Source of the DNA: Haliotis rufescens
Taxonomy: Eukaryota
Length of the DNA: 64,000 nucleotides
Direction of reading: 5' to 3'
NCBI RefSeq assembly: GCF_023055435.1
Contig: NW_025963890.1
Location: 48,112,001 to 48,176,000 of the forward strand
Part shown: positions 27,401-39,400 of the stretch, piece after piece
How positions within the stretch are numbered: the stretch's first letter is position 1
Layout: the number at the start of each line of letters is the position of its first letter
Notes under the pieces: generated by a model
Told to the model about the DNA's origin: nothing
Database searches by the model: none
The model's input: the letters and a program-made list of their open reading frames with translations, nothing else
Made by a program: the position numbers and the translations under genes

Positions 27401-30400
27401 GGTCTCTGATCTTACTCTATCAAGGTACAGTCAATGGTGCCTTTGACCCGTGAAGATCCAGAGTAGAATAGGTCTTCAGCAATCCATGCTTGCTGTAAAA
27501 GGCGACTACGCTTGTTGTAAGAGGCGACTAACGGGATCGGGTGGTCAGGCTCACTGACTTGGTTGATGCATGTCATCGATCCCAATTGCGTGGATCGATG
27601 CCCGTGATGTCATTCACTGGATAGTCTTGTCCAGACTCGATTATTTACAGACTGCCGTCATATAGCTGGATTATTGCTGAGTGCGGCGTTAAACAACAAA
27701 CAAACAAACAATGGTGTCTTTAATGCTCTCTCATCTTCTCTATCAAGGTACAGGCAATGGTGTCTTTAATGCTCTCTCATCTTCTCTATCAAGGTACAGG
27801 CAATGGTGTCTTTAATGCTCTCTCATCTTCTCTATCAAGGTACAGGCAATGGTGTCGTTAATGCTCTCTCATCTTCTCTATCAAGGTACAGGCAATGGTG
27901 TCTTTAATGCTCTCTCATCTTCTCTATCAAGGTACAGGCAATGGTGTCGTTAATGCTCTCTCATCTTCTCTATCAAGGTACAGGCAATGGTGTCTTTAAT
28001 GCTCTCTCATCTTCTCTATCAAGGTACAGGCAATGGTGTTGCAAATTGGGCTTGTGGTGTTAACGATGTTGAGACTGCAGCTCTACATGTAATACGAGGT
28101 AAGTTTTTATTGGACATTTGCTGCTATAACATTGTTGTTTAACATTTAAAGAATATTACAATGATATATTCCTTACAGACACCATTTATTATAAAAATCA
28201 TGTAACTAAAATATAGGCAAACATGCATTCCTTACATAACGTCTATTTCTTAGTATACATGCAGTTAGAATGTCTGTTGTGTGGAAACAGTTAGAATGTC
28301 TGTTGTGTGGAAACAGTTAGAATGTCTGTTGTGTGGAAACAGTTAGAATGTCTGTTGTGTGGAAACAGAATGTCTGTTGTGTGGAAACAGTTAGAATTTC
28401 TGTTGTGTAGAAACAGTTAGAATGTCTGTTGTGCGGAAACAGTCAGAATGTCTGTTGTGTGGAAACAGTTAGAATGTCTGTTGTGAGGAAACGGTTAGAA
28501 TGTCTGTTGTGTGGAAACAGTTAGAATGTCTGTTGTGTGGAAACAGAATGTCTGTTGTGTGGAAACAGTTAGAATGTCTGTTGTGTGGAAACAGTTAGAA
28601 TGTCTGTTGTGTGGAAACAGTTAGAATGTCTGTTGTGTGGAAACAGAATGTCTGTTGTGTGGAAACAGTTAGAATTTCTGTTGTGTAGAAACAGTTAGAA
28701 TGTCTGTTGTGCGGAAACAGTCAGAATGTCTGTTGTGTGGAAACAGTTAGAATGTCTGTTGTGAGGAAACGGTTAGAATGTCTGTTGTGTGGAAACAGTT
28801 AGAATGTCTGTTGTGTGGAAACAGTTAGAATGCCTGTTGTGTGGAAACTTGTGTGGAACCAGTTAGAATGTCTGTTGTGTGGAAACAGTTAGAATGTCTG
28901 TTGTGTGGAAACAGTAAGAATGTCTGTTGTGTGGAAAAAGTTGGAATGTCTGTTGTGTGGAAACAGTTAGAATGTCTGTTGTGTGGAAACAGTTAGAATG
29001 TCTGTTGTGTGGAAACAGTTAGAATGTATGTTGTGTGGAAACAGAATGTCTGTTGAGTGGAAACAGTTAGAATTTCTGTTGTGTAGAAACAGTTAGAATG
29101 TCTGTTGTGCGGAAACAGTTAGAATGTCTGTTGTGTGGAAACAGTTAGAATGTCTGTTGTGTGGAAACAGTTAGAATGTCTGTTGTGTGGAAACAGTTAG
29201 AATGTCTGTTGTGTGGAAACAGTTAGAATGTCTGTTGTGTGGAAACAGTTAGAATGTCTGTTGTGTGGAAACAGTTAGAATGTCTGTTGTGTGGAAACAG
29301 TTAGAATGTCTGTTGAGTGGAAACAGTTAGAATGTCTGTTGTGTAGAAACAGTTAGAATGTCTGTTGTGTGGAAACAGTTAGAATTTCTGTTGTGTAGAA
29401 ACAGTTAGAATGTCTGTTGTGTGGAAACAGTTAGAATGTCTGTTGTGTTGAAACAGTTAGAATGTCTGTTGTGTGGAAACAGTTAGAATGTCTGTTGTGT
29501 GGAAACTTGTGTGGAACCAGTTAGAATGTCTGTTGTGTAGAAACAGTTAGAATGTCTCTTGTGTGGAAACAGTTAGAATGTCTGTTGTGTGGAAACAGTT
29601 GGAATGTCTGCTGTGTGGAAACAGTTAGAATGCCTGTTGTGTGGAAACTTGTGTGGAACCAGTTAGAATGTCTGTTGTGAGGAAACAGTTGGAATGTCTG
29701 TTGTGTAGAAACATTTAGAATGTCTGTTGTGTAGAAACAGTTAGAATGTCTGTTGTGTAGAAATATTAAGAATGTCTGTTGTGTGGAAACAGAATGTCTG
29801 TTGTGTGGAAACAGTTAGAATGTCTGTTGTGTGGAAACAGCTAGAATGTCTGTTGTGTGGAAACAGAATGTCTGTTGTGTGGAAACTTGTGTGGAAACAG
29901 TTAGAATGTCTGTTGTGTGGAAACAGTTAGAATGTGTGTTGTGTGGAAACAGAATGTGTGTTGTGTGGAAACAGTTAGAATGTCTGTTGTGTGGAAACAG
30001 TTTGAATGTCTGTTGTGTGGAAAGGTTTACTTTTTTTCATGCCTGTTTATTCTTGTATGATATTAAAATGAAGGTCGAGTCTGTGTTTTTGTGTTTTGTC
30101 AGGCGAGGTAAACAATTTCAACATTTTCGGCATCTATGAACCAGGCAAGCTCGTGTGCTTCAGCGGCCTTCTCTTTGCCTATGGATTCTACAGCGACATG
30201 GTTAAAAAGACGGATGAGAAGCGATGGATGAAAACATTCAGATATCCTTGTAGGTTGCCATTCTTTCTCCTGTATCTCTCAAGATTGTTAGTGTCCGGTA
30301 TTTCACACTATGAATAAATACACATTTTAAGATTTTCACCCATCAGTAGCATAGTTTACATTGGTGTCTGTGGATTTACAGAGTTACCTCCCTTGGCTGT

Positions 30401-33400
30401 GCCAGGATCCTGGATCAGTATCCTGGTCTCTTGGCATAACATCTGTACTCATTGGCTTCATCAATGCAGAAACATCTGAACCACTTTTCAAGTTAAGCTG
30501 ACATGACCTATGAGTAAAATATTGTGAAACACAACTCTCTCACTCACTCGAAGCATCTGCTTGTCCCAGGGCAGTTTTTGAAATTGCTTTCTGCTAGATA
30601 TCATGTGATACATGGGCCAGGAACCCACCATCAAAGACCCTTGAGTCTTGTAATATTTCTTCACCTCATTCAACTTAGTTTCTGAATACAGTCAAGTCCC
30701 GTTAATCCGACATCGATGGTTGCATATGATTATGTCGGATAAACGAGTATGTCGGATAACCGAAATTAAGTAGTATCAACGTTCGTCATCGAAAATCGGA
30801 CAACTACACGATAGATAAGGATTCAAACATGTAATAAAAAATATGACATAAATATTCATATTGTTATGTTACATTGTTGGCAGAATATTTTTTCTAATCA
30901 TGCAACCTCTAAAGTTTAACACCAAACAACTGTTACGGACTGTATGACTTATTCAAAATACTTTAAAAAGCATAGTCTGGAATGAAAGTCGCAACTTTGA
31001 AACTGGTACCTAAAGCTTAAGAAAGCTGCTTTCTAAGTGGCTAATGTCGACTTCCTGTGGGTCATTTCATTGGTAGGTCATAGTTCGCGAAAGGTTGTTC
31101 TGACATGACCTGTAATGGGATGTCCTCGTCGATAGCGAGAACTTGTATCTGATTTGAATTAGATTGAGGTAATCTAAGCATGTGATTTATCCTGTTTTCT
31201 TTATTTAAAGCATTAATTGTTTATTGTTAAGCAAGTTTATTTCTGCAGATGTTGTAATATGCAGCTATCAGTTGATTTATCTTGCATCAAAACACAGGCT
31301 GTGTACTCTCGGGCAGATGGCCACAGAGTACGCTGATCACTGTGTTGGATTAATGAGACTGATTTCGGTAATTCGTTGCAAATTAGGTGTGTCTCAGTCG
31401 GGGTGCGAGACTGTCGGATTAACAGGTCTAAATAGCACTGATTGAATTGGTTCCCATCATTGGTGTCTGATAAAGCCGATTGTCGGATTAACAAGTGTCG
31501 GATTAACGAGACTTGACTGTATATTGGTGAATTTGAACCGTGTATTTTTCCATAAATAATTTTTGACTCCTTTGTTAAAATCATTCACCACCTCCGAACA
31601 ACACACCTTTGCTTGCACACTTGGGGTTCAACATGCATCCAGTGTCAATCAGTGTTGGCTAGGACTGTCTCCCTGGTCTAGAGGTAGAGCATCCGCCCGG
31701 AAGGAAGGTTGGTGGTTCGATCCACGGCCATGTCATATCAAAAGACGTTTACAAGATGGTACTTGTTCTTACCCTGCCTGGAGCTTTAGCATTAAGGGGC
31801 TAAAACAAGGACTGGTTGGCTCAGAGCCAATATACTGTATCTGAGTGGGGTACTCATATTAAACTGCAGCATGGTATCTCAGTGGGCAAGCACTATGAAA
31901 TCGGCATTAGTTCAGGCTAGTACGAGCAGTCACACATAAACACACACGTGCATGCACGTCCCTATATAAGAGCAATAACCTTGGACGCGAAGTTAAACTA
32001 AATTTCACTTCACCTCACCTCACCTCACCTCACCTCACCTCACCTCACCTCAGCACACCTCACCTCAGCACACCTCACCTCACCTCACCTCACTTTACCT
32101 CACATCACCTCAGCACACATCACCTCACCTAATTTCACCTCACCTAATTTCACCTCACCTCACCTCACCTCACCTCACCTCACCTTGGCTAGATATCTTT
32201 GTTGCCCACTTGGAGAGCTGCTCGTCATCTGACCCGTTGCCGGAGAGACCTATGACAAACACTGTCCGAGGGTAACACAGCCAGTGGAATACCCATAGCA
32301 GCAGTGTGTTGGTGGATGATGGGTGACACTTGTGGTGGGTGACATTTCGGTTTACATTTCCAGATGTGCTGCTAACCAGTATGTTGGGCAAGAGGCGTGT
32401 TTATGAGGCGGACATCCAGGTGCTCGAGGCACCGAGTCTTGAGAACAACGCACAGGACAAGCGTGGGTAATAGTGCTTTGTGTAGACATAGGCAGTGGGA
32501 TAAAGAGTGCCCGATGTAGCTGTGGAGTGCTCGATGTAGATGTAGAGTGCCAGATGTAGAGTGCCAGATGTAGAGCGCCAGATATAGAGTGCCAGATGTA
32601 GAGTGCCAGATGTAGAGCGTCAGATGTAGAGCGTCAGATGTAGAGTGCCAGATGTAGAGCGTCAGATGTAGAGGGCCAGATGTAGAGCGTCAGATGTAGA
32701 GTGCCAGATGTAGCTGTGGAGTGCTCGATGTAGAGCGTAGAGGGCCAGATGTAGAGAGACAGATGTAGAGTGCCAGATGAAGAGTGCCAGATGTAGAGTG
32801 CCCGATGTAGAGTGTCAGATGTAGAGTGCCAGATGTAGCTGTGGAGTGCTCGATGTAGAGCGTAGAGGGCCAGATGTAGAGCGTCAGATGTAGAGCGTCA
32901 GATGTAGAGTGCCAGATGTAGAGTGCCCGATGTAGAGTGTCAGATGTAGAGTGCCAGATGTAGATGTAGAGTGCCAGATGTAGCTGTGGAGTGCTCGATG
33001 TAGGATGTAGAGGGCCAGATGTAGAGGGCCAGATGTAGAGCGTCAGATGTAGAGTGCCAGATGTAGAGTGCCCGATGTAGATGTAGAGTGCCAGATGTAG
33101 CTGTGGAGTGCTCGATGTAGAGCGTCAGATGTAGAGCGTCAGATGTAGAGTGCCAGATGTAGAGTGCCAGATGTAGAGTGCCAGATGTAGAGTGCCAGAT
33201 GTAGAGCATCAGATGTAGAGCGCCAGATGTAGAGCGCCAGATGTAGAGTGCCAGATGTAGAGCGCCAGATGTAGAGCATCAGATGTAGAGTGCCAGATGT
33301 AGAGTGCCAGATGTAGAGCGCCTGATGTAGAGAGTCAGATGTAGAGTGCCAGATGTAGAGTGCCAGATGTAGAGTGCCAGATGTAGAGTGCCAGATGTAG

Positions 33401-36400
33401 AGTGCCCGATGTAGAGCGTCAGATGTAGAGTGCCAGATGTAGCTGTGGAGTGCTCGATGTAGAGTGTAGAGGGCCAGATGTAGAGGGCCAGATGTAGAGC
33501 GTCAGATGTAGAGTGCCAGATGTAGAGTGCCAGATGTAGAGTGCCCGATGTAGAGTGCCAGATGTAGCTGTGGAGTGCTCGATGTAGAGCGTCAGATGTA
33601 GAGCGCCAGATGTAGATGTAGAGTGCCAGATGTAGCTGTGGAGTGCTGGATGTAGAGTGTAGAGGGCCAGATGTAGAGGGCCAGATGTAGAGCGTCAGAT
33701 GTAGAAAGCCAGATGTAGAGTGCCCGTGCCAGATGTAGCTGTGGAGTGCTCGATGTAGAGCGTCAGATGTAGAGCGCCAGATGTAGATGTAGAGTGCCAG
33801 ATGTAGCTGTGGAGTGCTGGATGTAGAGCGTAGAGGGCCAGATGTAGAGCGTCAGATGTAGAAAGCCAGATGTAGAGTGCCCGATGTAGAGTGCCCGATG
33901 TAGAGTGCCAGATGTAGCTGTGGAGTGCTCGATGTAGAGCGTCAAATGTAGAGCGCCAGATGTTGAGCGTCAGATGTAGAGTGCCAGATGTAGATGTAGA
34001 ATGCCAGATGTAGCTGTGGAGTGCTCGATGTAGAGCGTCAGATGTAGAGCGCCAGATGTAGAGCGCCAGATGTAGAGTGCCAGATGTAGAGCGTCAGATG
34101 TAGAGTGTCAGATGTAGAGTGTCAGATGTAGAGTGCCAGATGTAGAGAGCCAGATGTAGAGTGCCAGATGTAGAGCGTCAGATGTAGAGTGCCAGATGTA
34201 GAGTGCCAGATGTAGAGTGCCAGATGTGGAGTGCCAGATGTGGAGTGCCAGATGTAGAGCGTCAGATGTAGAGCGCCAGATGTAGAGTGCCAGATGTAGA
34301 GCGCCAGATGTAGAGTGCCAGATGTGGAGTGTCAGATGTAGAGTGTCAGATGTAGAGCATCAGATGTAGAGCGCCAGATGTAGAGAGCCCGATATAGAGT
34401 GCCAGATGTAGAGTGCCAGATGTAGAGCGTCAGATGTAGAGAGTCAGATGTAGAGCGTCAGATGTAGAGTGTCAGATGTAGAGAGCCAGATGTAAAGCGT
34501 CAGATGTAGAGTGCCAGATGTAGAGTGCCAGATGTAGAGCGCCAGATGTAGAGCGCCAGATGTAGAGTGCCAGATGTAGAGCGCCAGATGTAGAGTGCCA
34601 GATGTAGAGCGCCAGATGTAGAGTGCCAGATGTAGAGTGCCAGATGTAGAGCGCCTGATGTAGAGAGTCAGATGTAGAGTGTTAGATGTAGAGTGCCAGA
34701 TGTAGAGTGCCAGATGTAGAGCATCAGAAGTAGAGTGCCAGATGTAGGGGTAGAGAGGTGTATCTGCTCCAGATGTTGGTGTATCGACTCACTCATGCTG
34801 CAATTGTGTGTGACACTGTGTGTTTCAGGGCAGAGTCCGAAGGAGCTGCCGCCTCCCCCACAGAGCTAGGTATGCAGTCACAAGGCTTGTTACCAAATGA
34901 ATGAAATGTGGTAGTATAGAACCTTCATAGAGACTGTGTTGTACCAGTCCATGCTATCACTGCATTGTATCATGGTATAGAACCTTCATAGAGACTGTGT
35001 TGTACCAGTCCATGCTATCACTGCATTGTATCATTGTATAGAACCTTCATAGAGACTGTGTTGTACCAGTCCATGCTATCACTGCATTGTATCATGGTAT
35101 AGAACCTTCATAGAGACTGTGTTGTACCAGTCTATGCTATCACTGCATTGTATCATGGTACATAACAGAAAAAACCCTTGCTTAAATCTTGCTACAGGAG
35201 CGTTGTACCATTTATGACAAAGTCACTTATAACAAACTGACGGATATAATGAACTGGGTTTTTTTTGTCCTGACCATTTGCTGTAAATATGATGTATATA
35301 CAGTAAACTACATTTATAATGAACACGCTTATAACGAACTGACAGATATGAATTTATTTTTGGGTCCCAGCCACTGCTGTTTATATATGCTTTACATATG
35401 CATATAACAAAGTAATGTTAAGATAAACTCAATCTCATTAAAATCAGACCTGAGTTCTCGCTGCCGCTAAACAAAGATCTGAGGTCATCCCATTACGGGT
35501 CACGTCAGAACGACCTTTCACGAACTTTGACCGACGACTGAAATGACAAACAAGAAGTAGACATCAGCCAATGAGAAAGCAGCTTTCTCGAGCTTTACTG
35601 CAGTCGTTTCAACCTGGCGACTTCCATTTCAGATTACGCTTGAAAAATATGTTGAAAAAGTTCTCGATTAAAATTTTGAAAACTGAACAAACGAACATTC
35701 CGGAATGTCTAATATATGGTTGAGATTGTATAGCAATGCTTCCCACATACTGTTCAACGCCTCCTCTGTTGAAATGTTTATCCCACTGAAGCGAGATTAT
35801 TTTGACAAATGAGTCGTACGGGTCGTAACTGTCGTTCAGAATACCCCGTGTTGACATTTTTGAGGTTGCATGATTAGGAAACACATTCCGACTGTCACTA
35901 TTATGATCTGGTAAGCGACGTCCTGATTGGTCAGATGAAAGGTTGTTCTGACGTGACCCGTAATGGGATGTTCTCATATCTTTGTTTAGCGGTAGCGAGA
36001 ACTAGGATCTGATTTTAATGAGATTGAAATAAACTAAAATTAGTGGCCCCTTTGAGTTCGTTATAACCGTAGTTGACTGTAAGCTTATTACGAACTACGG
36101 TTACAACGAACTAAAATTAGTAGTCCCATGAGTTCATTATAACCCTAGTTTACTGTATATGATGGCGGTCTGTAAATAACCGATTCCAGACCATACAAAC
36201 CAGATATTGTGAGCAACGATGCACTCCATCGGGTTAAACTGACAGACAGATGTCGCCTCGGTATGTAGCCTTGTTCTTGTGTCGCAGGATGGCGGAGACT
36301 GGAGACGAGGGAGTACATGGATGTCCTCATGTTTGTCTGTGATCTCAACACTGCCGGGGAGCAGCTCGTAATGGACCCATCGTCACAGACCATCACCGTT

Positions 36401-39400
36401 CTGCTGTCTAAGCACTGTGGAAGAATCAGCCACCTCAAGGTGTTTTTGGGGGCGATGACAGGGAAGAAAGAGAGTGTAAGTCTGGTTACATTATATTCCA
36501 TGCATTGGTTACTGTATACTCCATGCATTGGTTACATTATATTCCATGCATTGGTTACTGTATACTGCATGCGTTGGTTTCTGTATACTCCATGCATTGG
36601 TAACTGTATACTCCATGCATTGGTTTCTGTATACTCCATGCATTGGTTACTGTATACTCCATGCATTGGTTACTGTATACTCCATGCATTGGTTACTGTA
36701 TACCCCATGCCTTTTGGTTACTGTATACTCCATGCATTGGTTACTGTATACTCCATGCATTGGTTACTGTATACTGCATGCATTGGTTACTGTATACTGC
36801 ATGTGTTGGTTTCTGTATACTCCATGCATTGGTTTCTGTATACTCCATGCATTGGTTACTGTATACTCCATGCATTGGTTTCTGTATACTCCATGCATTG
36901 GTTACTGTATACTCCATGCATTGGTTACTGTATACTGCATGCATTGGTTATTGTATACTCCATGCATTGGTTACTGTATACTCCATGCATTGGTTACTGT
37001 ATACTCCATGCATTGGTTACTGTATACTCCATGCATTGGTTTCTGTATACTGCATGCATTGGTTACTGTATACTGCATGCATTGGTTACTGTATACTCCA
37101 TGCATTGGTTTCTGTATACTTCATGCATTGGTTACTGTATACTCCATGCATTGGTTACTGTATACTCCATGCATTGGTTACTGTATACTCCATGCATTGG
37201 TTTCTCTATACCCCATGCATTGGTTTCTGTATACCTCACTCACTCACTCACTCACTCACTCACTCACTCACTCACTCACTCACTCACTCACTCACTCACT
37301 CACTCACTCACTCACTCACTCCTAAATGTGAAAATTACAGCCTACCTAATACCTATTTTCATTGGAGCTCACAAAACTTTGTGCTAACAATCTTTCCGTG
37401 CTATTCCAGCTGCAGGCTCCACAGTTGACTGTCCTGAAAAATGTCACAGCATTTAAGATCAAGGTCAAGGTCTGTGATGAGAACTCCTCGAAGTCTGAAA
37501 AACAGAAGGAACTGGAACACTTACTGGACGTCGATGGGGAGGTGTACCGAGCAGAGACCATGGATCTCGAGATACGGTATGCAAACCTTTTAGTTGGAAC
37601 TGTGACAATGTATACAGTATGCAAACTTTTTAGTTTGAACTGTGACAATGTATACGGTATGCAAACTTTTTAGTTCAAACTGTGACAATGTATACGGTAT
37701 GCAAACCTTTTAGTTGGAACTGTGACAATGTATACAGTATGCAAACTTTTTAGTTTGAACTGTGACAATGTATACGGTATGCAAACCTTTTAGTTGGAAC
37801 TGTGACAATGTATACAGTATGCAAACTTTTTAGTTTGAACTGTTACAATGTATACGGTATGCAAACCTTTTAGTTGGAACTGTGACAATGTATACGGTAT
37901 GCAAACTTTTTAGTTCGAACTGTGACAATGTATACGGTATGCAAACTTTTTAGTTCGAACTGTGACAATGTATACGGTATGCAAACTTTTAAGTTCAAAC
38001 TGACAATGTATACGGTATGCAAACTTTTTAGTTCAAACTGTGACAATGTATACGGTATGCAAACTTTTTACTTCGAACTGTGACAATGTATACGGTATGC
38101 AAACTTTTTAGTTCAAACTGTGACCATGTTTGTTTCAAAACCGTTAATTTTTAAAGAGTATATTGTGTCATTCTGTGCAATCCAGTCACACAAACATCTC
38201 AATTCCTTGGAAATAGAAAAATGCAATAGCATATCTTATGCAGTGAGGCCTTGTAGTCCTGTTGACCATCAAAGGAATATGAAGTTCTGCATAAGTCAAT
38301 ACAATCAGACCAGCATGTGGATAAGGATTCCGCAGGGCCATGAAGTTACATTGTCTTCATCGGTATAGCGAGCTAAGAGTTAAAAAACTTTAACTGTGTA
38401 ATTTTCAACCTCTAACATATCAGGGGCGGTCGGGTAGCCCAGTGGTTAAAGTGTTCGCTCGTCACGCCGAAGACCCGGGTTTCGATTCCCGACATGGGTT
38501 CAATGTGTGAAGCCCATTTCTGGTGTCTCCCATCGTGATATTGCTGGAATATTGCTAAAAGCGGCGTAAAACCATACTCACTCACTCACCCACTCACACT
38601 TACATATCAATTATTATTTTATTTTTTAAACGTTTTTATTGTTGTTGTAGATTAATACAGTATTCCGTCAAAGACATATTTTGGATTGCATAGAATGGCA
38701 TAATACACTCTTTAAAAAATAACATATCAATTATTGATATATGATGTTTTATCTTACCTGTCGCTACACAGTGCTACATTTTACAAACAGACAGTCCTGG
38801 AACAGAGAGACAGTTGAAACAGACTATAGCCTGTGCACCGATACCCACGAGTTATAAGCCTTGGCCTGTAATTCCTTATATTCTTCTCTGTCTGCTTTGC
38901 ATCTTACAGAAGGGCTGTTGTTAAGCGCACAAGACAACTTGCAAAACAGAAGATAATGCCAGGCCTTCCTCCTCTGGTTCTCAACCCCTCCTCCACCTCT
39001 ATGCCTTCGGAGTCTTCCTCTATGTCATCGCCGGCACCCCCGGGTCTTCCTCCCAAGTCGATGTCCTCCACCTCTATGTCTTCAGAGTCTTCCTCTATGT
39101 CATCGCCGGCACCCCCGGGTCTTCCTCCCAAGTCGATGTCCACCACCTCTAAGCCTTCGGAGTCTTCCTCTTTGTCATCGCCGGCACCCCGGGTCTTCCT
39201 CCCAAGTCGATGTCCTCCACCTCTATACCTTCGGAGTCTTCCTCTATGTCATCGCTGGCACAACCGGGTCTTCCTCCCAAGTTGATGTCCTTCACCTCTA
39301 AGCCTTCGGAGTCTTCCTCTATGTCATCACCGGCACAACCGGGTCTTCCTCCCAAGTCGATGTCCTCCACCTCTAAGCCTTCAGAGTCTTCCTCTATGTC

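Noticed and set aside
36476-37428. Long hydrophobic ORFs (356, 265, 261 aa)
   Set aside because: The real exon ends at the gtaag donor at 36475; the rest is stop-free minisatellite.
38423-38500. tRNA genes at SINE heads
   Set aside because: Acceptor stems are not closed, and the heads continue into SINE bodies with TSDs.
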